Under the pieces are notes generated by a model, which worked only from the letters and a program-made list of their open reading frames with translations, ran no database searches and was not told the origin of the DNA. A stretch of DNA of 64,000 nucleotides, taken from NCBI RefSeq assembly GCF_055900595.2, contig NZ_CM148325.1. One strand, 5' to 3'. Both the position numbers and the translations under genes were made by a program. This document shows, piece by piece, positions 14,935-30,661 of the stretch. The stretch's first letter is position 1; each line of letters starts with the position of its first letter.

Positions 14935-16230
14935 CTAAGTGTTTCGCCGCCAGACAAAACTTACGCCATTCTCACCTTCAGCCACACCTTCTTGCGTCAC
15001 AAATACCTCTGCCGCTGCAATCAGCGTTTCGCCATAAAACAGCAGTGGCGTGGTGTCACGCAACCACGGCGGTACGCCCAGTTCCTGCCAGATTTTCTTT
15101 AACTTACGCCCACCATTGCGCCCGACAATATGCAGCAATCCTGGCGCTTTGAAACGCACGCTGACCGCTTCGTCTGCACGCGGAGGGCGAATATCGCCTC
15201 CCGCAGTAAGCTGTACACTTCCCAGCGCCGCCGGTAATTCCAGCGGTTGTAACCACGTCTGCCACGGCACAATGGTTTCGCTTTGCCCAGTGACGGATTT
15301 AATCCACCACAGTTGCGATTGATAGCGGCGGATTTCAAACGCCCCCAAACGTAAACAGGGGGAAGCATCTTCTCGCGCCAGCGCCACTTCCTGCCAGATC
15401 CTCACCAACGCGTCGCGGGAAGGCATCGGTGCATTCTGCCCTGCCAGCCAGCGGCGGATAATCGCCGCGCGACGGGCATCACTCATCGCCAGCATTGGCG
15501 CAATCTGCAGCGTCCCCTGCGGCGTTTGACAGTGTGCTAAATCATCTGCCAGCAGTTCATCCAGCAGGCTCTCTTGCTCAGCACAAAGTGCGGCGCTGCG
15601 GGCCGTTGCTTCGGCAAAATGCGGCCAACGCTGCTGCAATAACGGCACTACGCGTAGGCGCAGGAAGTTACGATCGTATGAGTCGTCCTGATTACTTTCG
15701 TCTTCAATCCAACGTAAACCATGCGCCAACGCCCACTGCTCCAGTTCTCCCCGTGTGCGGGCGAGCAACGGTCGGATCAGCCGCGTTCCGGCAAACTCCG
15801 AGACTTCCGCCATAGCCGAAAGCCCTGCAGGGCCGCTACCACGTTTTAACGCCAGCAGAAACGTTTCACATTGATCGTCGAGATGTTGCGCTGTAACCAG
15901 CACTTCACCAGGTAACAGGGTACGAGCAAATGCCTGATAACGTGCCTGCCGCGCCTGAGCCTCAATACCTAGCCCCTCTTGCGCAAGTTGCACACGCTCA
16001 ACCACCAGCGGCACCTGCCACTGGTGGCAGATGTTCTCGCAATGCATAACCCAGGCATCGGCATTGGCACTTAAACCGTGATGCACATGAATCGCGCGCA
16101 GGGTGACGCCCGGATTTTCCGTCCGCCACTGCACCAACTGATGCAGCAGAACGGTGGAGTCAAGCCCGCCGCTAAAGGCCACCAGAATCTGGCGTGAGAT
16201 GAGAAGTTGTCTATTGAGAGTGAGTGTCAT
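14935..16230 (-). CDS. tilS: tRNA(Ile)-lysidine synthetase
   Basis: 431-aa ORF with PP-loop SGGLDS near N-terminus. Confidence 0.94.
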   Translation of the reverse strand: MTLTLNRQLLISRQILVAFSGGLDSTVLLHQLVQWRTENPGVTLRAIHVHHGLSANADAWVMHCENICHQWQVPLVVERVQLAQEGLGIEAQARQARYQAFARTLLPGEVLVTAQHLDDQCETFLLALKRGSGPAGLSAMAEVSEFAGTRLIRPLLARTRGELEQWALAHGLRWIEDESNQDDSYDRNFLRLRVVPLLQQRWPHFAEATARSAALCAEQESLLDELLADDLAHCQTPQGTLQIAPMLAMSDARRAAIIRRWLAGQNAPMPSRDALVRIWQEVALAREDASPCLRLGAFEIRRYQSQLWWIKSVTGQSETIVPWQTWLQPLELPAALGSVQLTAGGDIRPPRADEAVSVRFKAPGLLHIVGRNGGRKLKKIWQELGVPPWLRDTTPLLFYGETLIAAAEVFVTQEGVAEGENGVSFVWRRNT

Positions 16231-16294
16231 GATGGTGCGATTTTACAGTAGCAATGCCCGGCACGTTACCGGGCAAATATGGCGATGACAAGCC

Positions 16295-16684
16295 TTACTG
16301 CTCATACAGTTCCAACGGCAGTCCGTCCGGATCGTTAAAGAATGTGAAGCGCTTTTGCGTGTAGGGATCGACACGTATGGCTTCACATTTCACGTTATGG
16401 CTTTCAAGGTGCGCCACTGCCGCATCGATATCATCAACGCTAAAAGCCAGATGACGCAGGCCGCAAGCTTCCGGTCGGCTGGGGCGCTCCGGCGGGAACG
16501 GAAATGAGAAAAGCTCAATCACATATTGCCCATTAAGCGCCAAATCCCCTTTCCACGAATCGCGCGCTTCGCGATAGACTTCGCTTTGCAGCGTGAAACC
16601 GAGAATATCGCAGTAGAAAGCTTTGCTCACCGCATAATCCGTCGCAATAATCGCAATATGATGAACTTGTTTTAAACCCAGCAT
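16295..16684 (-). CDS. yaeR: Glyoxalase/VOC-family protein
   Basis: ORF track 16295..16711; start placed at MLGLKQVHHIAII (129 aa), the K-12 length. Confidence 0.85.
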   Translation of the reverse strand: MLGLKQVHHIAIIATDYAVSKAFYCDILGFTLQSEVYREARDSWKGDLALNGQYVIELFSFPFPPERPSRPEACGLRHLAFSVDDIDAAVAHLESHNVKCEAIRVDPYTQKRFTFFNDPDGLPLELYEQ

Positions 16685-16740
16685 AACGTCTCCTTTATTT
16701 GTTAACAGCACGTTACTCGCCCGGAAGCCGCTCTGGCAAG

Positions 16741-18882
16741 TTATCCCGCCATTTTTAGGACTCGTACGCGGTAAACGCCATCTTCGTCCTGTTTCGCGCC
16801 GTGAATATCCGTTTCCAAGCCGGGGTAGCGCTGGCCCACTGAACAGAGCATCAGCAGAAAATCGAGTACCGTGCGGCTCTTCTCGGTCAGCATTTCTCCT
16901 GGCATCAGTAGCGGTACGCCAGGCGGATAAGGCAGGATCATATTTGCCGATACTCTACCGACCAGTTGTTCCAGCGCAATGGTTTCTACTTCACCTTTAA
17001 TCTGTCGTTGCCAGGCCTGATGTGGCGTCATGATCATCTCCGGCAAAGTATCAAATGCCCGCAACATCAAACCGGGAAGATCGTGTTTACGAATCAGCTT
17101 ATGTATCCCTTGCGCGAGATCCTGAATACGCATATTGCGATAAAAATCGGGATCTTCTGCATAGAGATCGGGCAGCATATTTTTGATCCGCAGGTTGAGA
17201 TCGTAAGAGCGCTTAAATTCCGTCAACCCACGCAATAATCCCATTGCTTTGGTTTTATCGATGCCAATACTAAAGAGAAACAGCAGGTTATAAGGGCCGG
17301 TTTTCTCTACTACGATCCCACGTTCGTCGAGGAATTTTGCCACCAGCGCCGCCGGGATCCCCTCATCGCTCATATTGCCCTGCTCGTCCATCCCCGGTGT
17401 CAAAATAGTGACTTTAACCGGATCGAGAAACATATGATCGGCATCCGCATCGTTAAAGCCGTGCCACTTTTCGCCAGGCGCAACGGGCCAGCATTCGGCT
17501 TCATCCACCTGCGGCGGTTGCCAGATATCGAAAAACCAGCCGTCAGACTCTTCCCGCAGCCGCTGGACCTCTTTGCGAAAATGCAGCGCTCGTTCTACTG
17601 AACGGTTAATCAGCCGTTTGCCCGGATTACCACGCAGCATCGCCGCCGCTGTCTCAACCGAAGCAACAATGGGATAACTGGGCGAAGTGGTGGTATGCAT
17701 CATAAAGGCTTCATTAAACGCCTCTTCGTCGTACTCACCTTTAATGTGGATCAGTGATGCCTGCGACAACGCCGCCAGCATTTTGTGGGTCGATTGCGTT
17801 TCGAAGAAAACTTTTCCTGCCACCCGATCGCCACTCATACCACTTTTGCCCTGATAGATCGGATGAAAATGAGTATACGGGACCCAGGCGGAATCGAAGT
17901 GGATCGAGGGGACATCCAGCGTCTGTTTGATCCAGTCGGTGTTGTAGAGCAAGCCATCATAGGTTGAGTTGGTGATCACCGCATGAACCGGCCATTGTGC
18001 CTGCGTGGTAGCAGCGACTTTCTCTTCGATACTGTCGCGGGTAAATTCTCGTCGCGGGATCCCACCCAGAATCCCCAACGCATTACGTGTTGGTTTTAGC
18101 CAGACCGGCACTACATCGTTCATCATCAACAGATGCGCCAGCGATTTATGACAATTGCGGTCAATTAACAGCGTACTGCCGGATGGCGCGGCGTACATAC
18201 CCACAATTTTGTTCGACGTCGATGTTCCGTTGGTGACAATATAACTCTGTTCCGCGCCGAAAGTCCGTGCGATGTACTCTTCCGCTTCCAGATGTGGCCC
18301 GGTGTGGTCGAGCAACGAACCTAGCTCGGTGACCGAAATAGAGACGTCAGCCTTGAGGGTATTCCCGCCGAAAAAATCATAAAACAGACAGCCAACCGGG
18401 CTTTTTTGATAGGCGGTGCCGCCCATATGCCCCGGCGTACAAAAGGTGTACTTCCGCTCTTTGACATAAGTAAACAAGGCTTTAGTGAATGGCGGGGTAA
18501 TGTTATCGAGATATTCGTTGGTGTACTGACGAATACGAATGGCGATATCTTCTGCCTGCCCCAGCGCATATTCAAAGAACCAGAGCGCCATCCGCATATC
18601 CTGCACGCTGACATCCATCGTCGAGTGAGTATTGATGAAGGCATAAAGCGGGAGATATTCATTAAGTTGATTGATATCGCTACATAAATCGAGACTGTAT
18701 TCATCCCAGTCAAAAATCACGCCGCATATTCGTGGGTTGTGTTCGATAAATTTCAGCAAATCAACGCTGTTTTGTGGCCAGATAATCTGAAAACCTTGCG
18801 CCACCAGCGCCGACTCCAGTTCTTTGATGGGCTCATCTTTATAAAAGACGCCATGCGGTCCCATAATGGCAATGATATTCAT
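16741..18882 (-). CDS. ldcC: Lysine decarboxylase, constitutive
   Basis: 713-aa ORF; PLP-dependent Orn/Lys/Arg decarboxylase family; located between yaeR and accA, which distinguishes it from cadA. Confidence 0.94.
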   Translation of the reverse strand: MNIIAIMGPHGVFYKDEPIKELESALVAQGFQIIWPQNSVDLLKFIEHNPRICGVIFDWDEYSLDLCSDINQLNEYLPLYAFINTHSTMDVSVQDMRMALWFFEYALGQAEDIAIRIRQYTNEYLDNITPPFTKALFTYVKERKYTFCTPGHMGGTAYQKSPVGCLFYDFFGGNTLKADVSISVTELGSLLDHTGPHLEAEEYIARTFGAEQSYIVTNGTSTSNKIVGMYAAPSGSTLLIDRNCHKSLAHLLMMNDVVPVWLKPTRNALGILGGIPRREFTRDSIEEKVAATTQAQWPVHAVITNSTYDGLLYNTDWIKQTLDVPSIHFDSAWVPYTHFHPIYQGKSGMSGDRVAGKVFFETQSTHKMLAALSQASLIHIKGEYDEEAFNEAFMMHTTTSPSYPIVASVETAAAMLRGNPGKRLINRSVERALHFRKEVQRLREESDGWFFDIWQPPQVDEAECWPVAPGEKWHGFNDADADHMFLDPVKVTILTPGMDEQGNMSDEGIPAALVAKFLDERGIVVEKTGPYNLLFLFSIGIDKTKAMGLLRGLTEFKRSYDLNLRIKNMLPDLYAEDPDFYRNMRIQDLAQGIHKLIRKHDLPGLMLRAFDTLPEMIMTPHQAWQRQIKGEVETIALEQLVGRVSANMILPYPPGVPLLMPGEMLTEKSRTVLDFLLMLCSVGQRYPGLETDIHGAKQDEDGVYRVRVLKMAG

Positions 18883-18979
18883 GTGTTCCTCCTGGAAAAT
18901 CCTTCCTTAATCATAGCCCGCTCAAACCATGGCGATAAAAAAGGGCCACCGAAGTGACCCTTTTCAGAACATTTGCTGA

Positions 18980-19939
18980 TTACGCGTAGCCGTAGCTCAT
19001 CAGGCGCTGATAACGACGATTTTTTAAATCTTCAGTGCTTAACACGTCGAGATCGGCCAGATCCGCCAGCAGTTGCGCTTTCAGAGACGCCGCCATCGCT
19101 TCCGGGTTACGGTGAGCGCCGCCCAGCGGTTCCGGGATGATGGAGTCGATCAGTTTCAGTTCTTTCAAACGCGGAGCGATGATCCCCATCGCTTCAGCCG
19201 CCAGCGGTGCTTTGTCGGCGCTCTTCCACAGAATGGACGCGCAACCTTCCGGCGAAATAACGGAATAGGTGCTGTATTGCAGCATATTCACTTTATCGCC
19301 CACGCCAATCGCCAGTGCGCCGCCAGAACCACCTTCACCGATAACGGTGCAAATAGTCGGTACGCTAAGGCGAGACATTTCACGCAGGTTGCGTGCAATG
19401 GCTTCAGACTGACCGCGTTCTTCTGCGCCCACGCCCGGATAAGCCCCCGGGGTGTCGATAAAGGTGATGATTGGCATCTTAAAGCGTTCAGCCATTTGCA
19501 TCAGACGCAGTGCTTTGCGGTAACCTTCTGGCGCTGGCATACCAAAGTTACGGCGAATTTTTTCTTTGGTTTCACGACCTTTTTGATGACCAATGATCAT
19601 CACCGGACGACCATCGAGACGGGCGATACCACCGACGATAGCTTTATCGTCTGCATACGCGCGGTCGCCAGCCAGTTCGTCAAATTCATCAAAGGCCAGG
19701 CGAACGTAATCCAGGGTATAAGGACGCTGTGGATGGCGTGCCAGTTGCGCAATCTGCCATGCACCGAGATCGGCGAAGATTTTACGCGTCAGTTCTACGC
19801 TTTTTTCACGCAGACGATGCACTTCTTCATCGATGTTAATATCCAGTTTCTCATCCTGGCGGCTAACCGCAGTCAGAGAATCGATTTTCGCTTCCAGCTC
19901 TGCAATCGGCTGTTCAAAATCAAGGAAATTCAGACTCAT
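18980..19939 (-). CDS. accA: Acetyl-CoA carboxylase carboxyltransferase alpha subunit
   Basis: 319-aa ORF; directly downstream of dnaE. Confidence 0.95.
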
Positions 19940-19951
19940 AGTATTCCTGTA

Positions 19952-22900
19952 TTAGTCAAACTCCAGTTCCACCTGCTCCGAACCAATGAGGCCACGGAGA
20001 TCGTTTAATAAACGATCGCTCGGAGAAACACGCCACGTCGCGCCAAAACGCAACCGCGCGCGTGCATCCGCCCTCTGATAGTAGAGATGTACTGGAATTG
20101 TCCCAGAGCGGTGGGGTTCCAGAGACTGACGGAGTCGGTTTAAAAGCTGGTCATCAATTTGCCTGTCCGTCAGCGAGATAGCAAGCCCGCGAGCATATTT
20201 TTCCCGGGCTTCGTCAATATCCATCACTTCGCGAGCGGTCATTTTAAGCCCACCGCTGAAGTCATCAAAGCTGACCTGTCCGCTGACGATAAGTATGCGG
20301 TCTTTTTCCAGCAATTGCTGGTATTTATCCAGGGCGTCAGTAAACAACATCACTTCCAGCCGCCCGGAACGGTCATCCAGCGTGCAGATACCGATACGAT
20401 TGCCGCGCTTGGTGACCATAACCCGCGCAGCAACAACGAGCCCCGCAGCCGTGGTGACTTTACCACGTTCTGTCGGGTGCATGTCTTTCAGCCTTACGCC
20501 TCCGACATAACGCTCAATCTCTTTTAAATACTGGTTGATAGGGTGTCCCGTCAGATACAGACCTAACGTTTCACGTTCCCCATCTAACACCACCTGCTCC
20601 GGCCACGGTTGGCAACTGGCGTAGGATTGTTCAATTTGTTCCGGCTCTTCTGCCAGCACGCCGAACATATCAGCCTGACCGATGGCTTCTGCTTTCGCGT
20701 GTTGATCAGCCGCCTTTAACGCATCGCCCAGCGAGTTCATCAGCGCCGCGCGGTGTGGCCCAAGACGGTCAAACGCCCCGGACATGATCAGTTTTTCCAG
20801 CACTCGCCGGTTTAACTTTTTGGTGTCTGTACGGGCGCAGAGATCAAACAGTTCACGGAAATAGCCGCCTTTATTACGGGCTTCGATGATCGCCTCAATC
20901 GGACCTTCACCTACCCCTTTGATCGCGCCAATACCATACACGATTTCGCCGTCGTCGTTGACGTGGAAATGGTAAAGACCGGAGTTTATATCTGGTGGCA
21001 GGATTTTCAGCCCCATCCGCCAGCACTCATCCACCAGGCCTACCACCTTCTCGGTGTTGTCCATATCTGCGGTCATTACTGCCGCCATAAACTCCGCTGG
21101 ATAGTGCGCTTTCAGCCATAACGTTTGATATGAAACCAAAGCATAGGCCGCGGAGTGCGATTTGTTAAATCCGTACCCAGCGAATTTCTCCACCAGGTCG
21201 AAGATTTTCATCGCCAGTTCGGCGTTGATCCCGTTCTTTTCTGCGCCTTCAGCAAATACAGAACGCTGCTTGGCCATCTCTTCCGGCTTTTTCTTACCCA
21301 TCGCACGACGCAGCATATCCGCGCCACCGAGGGTATAACCAGAAAGCACCTGGGCAATCTGCATGACCTGTTCCTGATACAGGATGATGCCGTAGGTTGG
21401 CTCCAGTACCGGTTTCAGGCTTTCATGCTGCCACTGCACATCCGGATAGGAGATCTCTTCGCGACCATGTTTACGGTCGATAAAGTTATCCACCATCCCT
21501 GATTGCAACGGACCAGGGCGGAACAGTGCCACCAGTGCGATCATATCTTCGAAGCAGTCAGGTTGCAGACGCTTGATCAGGTCCTTCATGCCGCGCGATT
21601 CAAGCTGGAATACCGCAGTGGTTTCCGAGCGTTGCAGCATGTCGAAGCTTTTCTTGTCATCCAGCGGGATCGCGGCGATATCCAGCGGCGGCTCGCCATT
21701 CTTCGCCCGCCGCTTGTTGATCATCTCCAGCGCCCAGTTGATGATGGTGAGCGTACGCAAACCAAGGAAGTCGAACTTCACCAGTCCGGCGTATTCAACG
21801 TCGCTTTTATCAAACTGGGTGACCGGATGTTTGCCCTCTTCATCGCAGTAAAGCGGCGCAAAATCAGTAATTTTGGTCGGCGCGATAACCACCCCACCGG
21901 CGTGCTTACCGGCGTTACGGGTGACCCCTTCAAGTTTGCGCGCCATGTCGATCAGCGCCTTAACTTCTTCGTCCGCTTCGTAGATTTCCGGCAGTTGCGG
22001 CTCGGCTTCAAACGCTTTCGCCAGCGTCATCCCCGGATCTGGCGGGATCAGTTTCGAGATACGATCGACAAAGCCGTACGGATGCCCCAGCACACGGCCT
22101 ACGTCGCGGATCACCGCTTTTGCCGCCATTGTACCGAAGGTGATGATCTGCGATACCGCATCACGGCCGTACATATCTGCCACGTGTTCGATAACCTGGT
22201 CGCGTTTTTCCATACAGAAGTCAACGTCGAAGTCAGGCATGGAGACACGTTCCGGGTTAAGGAAACGTTCGAACAGCAGGTCAAATTCCAACGGATCGAG
22301 GTCGGTGATTTTTAACGCGTAAGCCACCAGTGACCCTGCACCAGAACCACGGCCTGGCCCTACCGGTACGCCGTTATCTTTCGACCACTGGATAAATTCC
22401 ATAACGATGAGGAAGTAACCCGGGAAGCCCATCTGGTTGATAACCTGAAGTTCAGTATCCAGACGTTCGTCATACTCCGGGCGACGCTTAAGACGTTCTT
22501 CCTCGTCAGGGAATAAAAACGCCAGACGCTCTTCCAGGCCTTCTTTTGCACGCTTGACCAGATAATCTTCGGTGCTCATGTCCCCGGTCGGGAACTGCGG
22601 CAGGAAGTATTCACCGAGACGCACAGTCACGTTACAGCGTTTGGCGATCTCAACAGTGTTGGCAAGGGCTTCGGGGATGTCGGCAAACAGCTCGCACATC
22701 TCCTCTTCGCTGCGCATATATTGCTGCGGCGAATAATTACGCGGGCGTTTGGGATCGTCGAGAGTAAAGCCGTCATGGATCGCGACACGGATTTCGTGCG
22801 CGTCAAAGTCGCTGCTGTCGATAAAGCGCACGTCATTGGTCGCCACGACGGGCAAACCGCGCGCTTCCGCCAGCTCCACTGCCGCGTGCAGATAACTTTC

Positions 22901-23434
22901 TTCGTCCGGCCTGCCGGTGCGGATCAGCTCGAGAAAATAGCGATCCGGGAAGTGCTCTTCATAAAACGCAACGCACTCATCTACCAGCGCGCTGTTACCA
23001 CGCAAAAGACTGCGCCCGACGTCGCCCATGCGCCCGCCGGAAAGGAGGATCAGCCCTTCGTTTAATTCGATAAGCCAGTCGCGATCGATGATAGGCCCAG
23101 CGGCACCGTACCCGCGCTGATACGCTTTTGAGATCAGCAACGTCAGATTCTGATAGCCGGTATTGTTCGCCGCCAGCACCGTCAGGTGGGTTAACTCATC
23201 ACCCAGCAGGTCGCACTGGACATTAAAATCTGCCCCGACGATGGGCTTAATCCCTGCGCCATGTCCCGCTCCGTAGAACTTCACCAGACCGCAAAGGTTG
23301 GTGAAATCGGTGATCGCCAGTGCTGGCATACCCAACGCCGCCGCCTTTTTTACCAGCGGCGCGGTTTTGGCCAGGCCATCGATCATCGAGTAGTCGCTGT
23401 GCACCCGCAGGTGTACGAAACGTGGTTCAGACAT
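19952..23434 (-). CDS. dnaE: DNA polymerase III alpha subunit
   Basis: 1160-aa ORF; N-terminal PHP domain, polymerase core, OB fold. Confidence 0.96.
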   Translation of the reverse strand: MSEPRFVHLRVHSDYSMIDGLAKTAPLVKKAAALGMPALAITDFTNLCGLVKFYGAGHGAGIKPIVGADFNVQCDLLGDELTHLTVLAANNTGYQNLTLLISKAYQRGYGAAGPIIDRDWLIELNEGLILLSGGRMGDVGRSLLRGNSALVDECVAFYEEHFPDRYFLELIRTGRPDEESYLHAAVELAEARGLPVVATNDVRFIDSSDFDAHEIRVAIHDGFTLDDPKRPRNYSPQQYMRSEEEMCELFADIPEALANTVEIAKRCNVTVRLGEYFLPQFPTGDMSTEDYLVKRAKEGLEERLAFLFPDEEERLKRRPEYDERLDTELQVINQMGFPGYFLIVMEFIQWSKDNGVPVGPGRGSGAGSLVAYALKITDLDPLEFDLLFERFLNPERVSMPDFDVDFCMEKRDQVIEHVADMYGRDAVSQIITFGTMAAKAVIRDVGRVLGHPYGFVDRISKLIPPDPGMTLAKAFEAEPQLPEIYEADEEVKALIDMARKLEGVTRNAGKHAGGVVIAPTKITDFAPLYCDEEGKHPVTQFDKSDVEYAGLVKFDFLGLRTLTIINWALEMINKRRAKNGEPPLDIAAIPLDDKKSFDMLQRSETTAVFQLESRGMKDLIKRLQPDCFEDMIALVALFRPGPLQSGMVDNFIDRKHGREEISYPDVQWQHESLKPVLEPTYGIILYQEQVMQIAQVLSGYTLGGADMLRRAMGKKKPEEMAKQRSVFAEGAEKNGINAELAMKIFDLVEKFAGYGFNKSHSAAYALVSYQTLWLKAHYPAEFMAAVMTADMDNTEKVVGLVDECWRMGLKILPPDINSGLYHFHVNDDGEIVYGIGAIKGVGEGPIEAIIEARNKGGYFRELFDLCARTDTKKLNRRVLEKLIMSGAFDRLGPHRAALMNSLGDALKAADQHAKAEAIGQADMFGVLAEEPEQIEQSYASCQPWPEQVVLDGERETLGLYLTGHPINQYLKEIERYVGGVRLKDMHPTERGKVTTAAGLVVAARVMVTKRGNRIGICTLDDRSGRLEVMLFTDALDKYQQLLEKDRILIVSGQVSFDDFSGGLKMTAREVMDIDEAREKYARGLAISLTDRQIDDQLLNRLRQSLEPHRSGTIPVHLYYQRADARARLRFGATWRVSPSDRLLNDLRGLIGSEQVELEFD

Positions 23435-23470
23435 CTTCAGATTCCGGTTTACTTAATCTCGACACAAGAA

Positions 23471-24067
23471 TCAGGACGCAAGTCCCAGTGCGCGTTTGAC
23501 AGGCCCAAAGCTGCGACGATGATGTTCAGTCGCGCCATATTCAGCCAGTTTTTCCAGATGAAAAGCGGTTGGATACCCTTTGTGCTGGGCAAAACCATAT
23601 TGCGGGAAAACAATATCCAGCGCCGCCATTTCAGCGTCGCGCGTCACTTTCGCCAGGATAGACGCAGCACTGATTTCCGGCACACGACTGTCGCCTTTCA
23701 CCACTGCCATCGCAGGCATCGGTAATTTTGGGCAGCGGTTACCATCAATCAACACATATTCTGGCGCAATATGCAGCCCCGCGACGGCGCGCTGCATCGC
23801 CAGCATGGTCGCATGAAGAATGTTCAGTTCGTCGATTTCGTGGGGTTCCGCGCGGCCCAGACTCCAGCTCAACGCTTTCTCTTTGATCTCTTCACAGAGC
23901 GCCAGACGGCGTTTTTCGCTCAGCTTTTTGGAATCATTCAGCCCGGCAATTGGGCGCGCCGGGTCAAGGATCACCGCAGCGGTAACCACCGCGCCAACTA
24001 ACGGCCCGCGTCCGACTTCATCCACACCCGCAACCAGATGCGTGTGCGGATAAACAAATTCGATCAT
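23471..24067 (-). CDS. rnhB: Ribonuclease HII
   Basis: 198-aa ORF with N-terminal catalytic DEVGRGP motif. Confidence 0.94.
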   Translation of the reverse strand: MIEFVYPHTHLVAGVDEVGRGPLVGAVVTAAVILDPARPIAGLNDSKKLSEKRRLALCEEIKEKALSWSLGRAEPHEIDELNILHATMLAMQRAVAGLHIAPEYVLIDGNRCPKLPMPAMAVVKGDSRVPEISAASILAKVTRDAEMAALDIVFPQYGFAQHKGYPTAFHLEKLAEYGATEHHRRSFGPVKRALGLAS

Positions 24068-25212
24068 TGTGTTAACTCCAGAACGGCTTGTGCCGCCTGC
24101 TCATCGGCATTGCAGCGGATCTGCTGATGCAGTTCACGGAAGGTATCGTGCATCGCGTGACTGGTTTTCCCATTCGCCAACAGCGGTAACAGCGCCGCAG
24201 CCAGTTTTTGCGGCTCACACTCTTCCTGCAATAACTCTTTGACTAACTCTCTGCCCGCCAGCAAATTTGGCAGCGAGACATACTCGGTTTTCACCAGCCG
24301 CTTCGCCAGCCAGAAGGTAAAAGGCTTCATGCGATATCCCACCACCATCGGGCATTTCGCCAGCATGCACTCCAGGGCTGCCGTACCCGACGCCAGTAGC
24401 GCCGCATCACTGGCGACCATCGCCTCACGGCCCCTCCCATCCAGCAGATGAACAGCAAGGTCCGGTGCGACTTCAGCTTTGATACGCTCAAACTGCTCGC
24501 GGCGTTTGGCATTCACCAGCGGCACCACGATCTCGAGATCGGGATATGTCTGACGCAAAAGCTGAGCCGTTTTCAGGAAATCGGCACTAAGCATCTCCAC
24601 TTCCGCACCACGGCTTCCCGGCAGCAATGCAAGACAGTGAGCATCGTGAGGGATCCCCAGCACATCACGCGCGGCGTTTTTATCTGGATCTAACGGCATG
24701 GCATCAGCCATGGTGTGACCGATAAAACGGCACGGCACGTTGTATTTGTCATAAAACGCTTTTTCGAAAGGCAGAAATGCGAGCACCAGATCGGTGGCTC
24801 TGCCTATTTTGAAAACGCGTTTCTGTCGCCACGCCCAGACGGACGGACTGACGTAATGAATGGTTTTGATACCCTGCTTTTTAAGATTACCTTCGAGGGT
24901 AATATTGAAGTCAGGTGCATCAATGCCGACAAAAACATCTGGCTTCAGTTCGCCAAAACGCTTTGTCAGATCGGCACGAATATGCAGTAAGCGACGCAGA
25001 CGCCCGAGCACTTCAACAATGCCCATCACCGCCAGCTCTTCCATTTCGTACCAGGCTTCGCAGCCTTCAGCCTGCATTCGTGGCCCGGCAACACCAACAA
25101 AGCGGGCGTTGGGCACACGTTCTTTCAGAGCGCGGATTAAACCGGCCCCCAGGATATCGCCGGAGGTTTCTCCGGCGACCAGGGCAATCGTTAATGGACG
25201 CTGTTCAGTCAT
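24064..25212 (-). CDS. lpxB: Lipid-A-disaccharide synthase
   Basis: 382-aa ORF; 4-nt overlap with rnhB, 1-nt overlap with lpxA. Confidence 0.95.
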   Translation of the reverse strand: MTEQRPLTIALVAGETSGDILGAGLIRALKERVPNARFVGVAGPRMQAEGCEAWYEMEELAVMGIVEVLGRLRRLLHIRADLTKRFGELKPDVFVGIDAPDFNITLEGNLKKQGIKTIHYVSPSVWAWRQKRVFKIGRATDLVLAFLPFEKAFYDKYNVPCRFIGHTMADAMPLDPDKNAARDVLGIPHDAHCLALLPGSRGAEVEMLSADFLKTAQLLRQTYPDLEIVVPLVNAKRREQFERIKAEVAPDLAVHLLDGRGREAMVASDAALLASGTAALECMLAKCPMVVGYRMKPFTFWLAKRLVKTEYVSLPNLLAGRELVKELLQEECEPQKLAAALLPLLANGKTSHAMHDTFRELHQQIRCNADEQAAQAVLELTQ

Positions 25213-26000
25213 TAACGAATCAGACCGCGCGTTGAGCGTGCAAAGAAATCGGTAAAGGCTTTCACTTCCGGATATGTTTCCGCCAGTTCAGCAATTTCCG
25301 GTTTCACTTCATCGAGCGTTTTACCGCTACGATAAATCAGCTTATACGCATTGCGGATAGCGGTAATCGCCTCACGGCTGAATCCGCGGCGCTTCAGCCC
25401 TTCGATATTGACACCGAACGGCGTTGCGTGGTTACCCTGCGCAATGACATAAGGAGGGACGTCCTGCGCCACACCGGAGCAGCCGCCAACCATCACATGC
25501 GCACCAATGATGCAGAACTGATGGACTGCGGTCATGCCGCCGATGATCGCGAAGTCGTCAACCGATACGTGACCCGCCAGCGTTGCGTTGTTGGCGAGGA
25601 TGCAGCGGTTACCTACCGTACAATCGTGCGCAATGTGCGCGTTGATCATCAGTAAGTTGTCGCTGCCCACCTTCGTCAATCCACCGCCCTGGACTGTGCC
25701 ACGATGAATGGTGACGCTTTCGCGAATGCGGTTACGATCGCCGATTTCCACACGGGTCGGTTCGCCAGCATATTTAAGATCCTGGTTGACTTCGCCGATG
25801 GAGGCGAACTGATAAATCTCATTGTCGCGGCCAATTTTAGTATGACCATTCACGACAACGTGAGATTTCAGTACGGTACCCTCACCAATTTCGACATGGG
25901 GTCCAACGATACAAAAAGGACCAATGTGAGCATTGGCGGCAATCGATGCGCCCTCTTCCACAATGGCGGTTGGATGCACAAAGGCGGATTTATCAATCAC
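25212..26000 (-). CDS. lpxA: UDP-N-acetylglucosamine acyltransferase
   Basis: 262-aa ORF with left-handed beta-helix hexapeptide repeats. Confidence 0.95.
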   Translation of the reverse strand: MIDKSAFVHPTAIVEEGASIAANAHIGPFCIVGPHVEIGEGTVLKSHVVVNGHTKIGRDNEIYQFASIGEVNQDLKYAGEPTRVEIGDRNRIRESVTIHRGTVQGGGLTKVGSDNLLMINAHIAHDCTVGNRCILANNATLAGHVSVDDFAIIGGMTAVHQFCIIGAHVMVGGCSGVAQDVPPYVIAQGNHATPFGVNIEGLKRRGFSREAITAIRNAYKLIYRSGKTLDEVKPEIAELAETYPEVKAFTDFFARSTRGLIR

Positions 26001-26003
26001 GTA

Positions 26004-26459
26004 TCAGGCCTCCCGGCTACGAGCACACATCATCGTTGCTTCGCAAACTACTTTACCGTCGACCAGAGCAACCCCTTTAAAACGGGTCAGGCCGCGGCGC
26101 GTTTTTTCGAAAGTGACTTCCATGATCATTTGATCGCCTGGCACGACCGGGCGCTTGAAGCGCGCTTCGTCAATACCGGCGAAGTAGTACAGCTCGCCCG
26201 GTTCCAGTTTTCCTACGCTCTTAAACGCCAGAATACCTGTTGCCTGTGCCATTGCTTCCAGAATAAGCACACCCGGGAAAATCGGTTTTCCAGGAAAATG
26301 GCCCTGGAAGAATGGCTCATTGACAGAGACATTTTTTACTGCGCGCAGAAAACGACCTTCTTCAAAATCCAGCACGCGATCTACCAGTAAGAACGGGAAA
26401 CGGTGCGGCAGAAGTTCTAAAATCTCTTCAATCTGCAGAGTATGAGTGTTAGTAGTCAA
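26004..26459 (-). CDS. fabZ: 3-hydroxyacyl-ACP dehydratase
   Basis: ORF track 26004..26552 (182 aa from an upstream ATG); the 151-aa protein starts at a TTG read as (M)[26 protein letters not shown]. Confidence 0.9.
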
Positions 26460-26563
26460 GATACTCTTCCTGTCAAAATATAAGAAACGACAATAATAAC
26501 ACGGCCTGCCGCAATCGTAAGAATGAGACAGGCCGTAAAGTTTGGCGAACAAAAGATGGAACG

Positions 26564-27589
26564 TTAGTCTTGTTGATTAACCTTGCGCTCAAGCGATTTC
26601 AAACGCTTGCTCATGTCATCAATGTTCATCACCAGTGCAGCGGTTTTGCGCCAGACTTTGTTGGGTTGCAGCGGAATGCCTGAGGAATAGACGCCTGGTT
26701 CAGTGATGGGACGCATCACCATACCCATGCCCGTAACCGTCACTTTGTCGCATATTTCCATATGCCCATTGATTACGCTGGCTCCGCCGATCATGCAGTA
26801 ACGACCAATTTTCAGGCTTCCCGCCATAATGACGCCACCGGCAACCGCCGTATTGTCGCCAATCACGACGTTATGTGCAATCTGGCACTGGTTATCAATG
26901 ATCACGCCATTGCCAATAACGGTGTCATCCAGCGCACCGCGATCGATAGTAGTACAGGCACCGATCTCCACGCGATCGCCAATAATTACGCGACCAATCT
27001 GCGGGATCTTCACCCAGTTACCCCGATCGTTGGCATAACCAAAGCCGTCTGCGCCTACCACTGTTCCGGACTGGATCAGGCAATTCTGACCGATCTGGAT
27101 CTCATGGTAAATGGTTACGTTCGCCCAGAGACGCGAACCTGCACCTATTTTGCTGTTTTTACCTACGAAGCAACCGGCACCGATAATCACGTTATCGCCC
27201 AGTTCAACGCCGGACTCAATCACCGCGTTAGCGCCAATCGATACGTTGTTACCCAGCTTCGCCGTCGCGTCGATCACCGCACTGGGTGCAATGTTCTGCG
27301 CGGGCTGCGGCGTGGTATCTAAAATTTGCGCCATGCGCGCGTAAGTCAGGTAGGGGTTCTTCACTACCAGCGCGGCACTTTTCGCGAAAGGAAGATCGTC
27401 CTGGGTCATGACAACCGCGGACGCCTGGCACAAGCCTAAATGCTCACGGTATTTTGGGTTAACCATGAACGTGATGTGACCTGTTTGTGCAGATTGCATG
27501 GACGCAACGCCGGTGATGACGATATCGCCATCACCGTGTAGTTCTGCATCCAACTGCTGCGCTAAATCAGCCAGTCGAATTGAAGGCAT
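26564..27589 (-). CDS. lpxD: UDP-3-O-(3-hydroxymyristoyl)glucosamine N-acyltransferase
   Basis: 341-aa ORF with hexapeptide-repeat beta-helix. Confidence 0.95.
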
Positions 27590-27592
27590 TAC

Positions 27593-28078
27593 TTATTTAA
27601 CCTGTTTCAGTACGTCAGCAGTGATGTCTTTTACATCGCTGCTGTTGTAAGCAACGGCGTTTGCATCAACAACCAGATCGATATCCTGGCTGTTGGCAAC
27701 GGATTTCACAGCAGTCTGGATACGAGTAACCAGTTTGCCGCGTTCTTCGTTGGAACGACGAGCGCGATCCTGCTCAAAAGCCTGCGCTTTCTGAGCAAAA
27801 GTCTGGCGCTGAGCCATCACGTCTTTTTCCAGTTTGGTACGATCGCTGCCCGCTTTCATGGACTGCAGCTTTTTCATTTTAGCCTGCAGATCGGTTTCCA
27901 TACGCTGCAGTTCGCTGGCACGGCCTTTGAACTCATTTTCCAGCGTGTTAGAAACACCGGTTTTCTGCGCTACCTGCTGGAACAGGCTGCCCATATTGAC
28001 GATTGCAATTTTGTCAGCCGCCTGAGCAGAAGTTGCCAGTGCTAAACCGAGACCTGCAGCTAATAACCACTTTTTCAC
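27593..28078 (-). CDS. skp: Periplasmic chaperone Skp
   Basis: 161-aa ORF; signal peptide then coiled-coil, Lys-rich protein. Confidence 0.95.
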   Translation of the reverse strand: MKKWLLAAGLGLALATSAQAADKIAIVNMGSLFQQVAQKTGVSNTLENEFKGRASELQRMETDLQAKMKKLQSMKAGSDRTKLEKDVMAQRQTFAQKAQAFEQDRARRSNEERGKLVTRIQTAVKSVANSQDIDLVVDANAVAYNSSDVKDITADVLKQVK

Positions 28079-28199
28079 AATAAACTCCTTACCATCCCAT
28101 TTGCACCGGAGGGTGCAGTTCTTTGCGTGGCCCGGCGATCTTATATTGATCGCCTAAAGTCATCGCTACACTACCACTACATTCCTTTGTGGAGAACAC

Positions 28200-30650
<2,451 letters not shown>

Positions 30651-30661
30651 CTAACTAACTC

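Noticed and set aside
19073-20008. 311-aa plus-strand ORF antisense to accA
   Set aside because: Shadow ORF of a highly expressed, codon-biased gene; the sense-strand product is an unmistakable AccA.
21503-22315. 270-aa plus-strand ORF inside dnaE
   Set aside because: Antisense shadow ORF; arginine/histidine-rich, low-complexity translation typical of reverse-strand reading of GC-rich codons.
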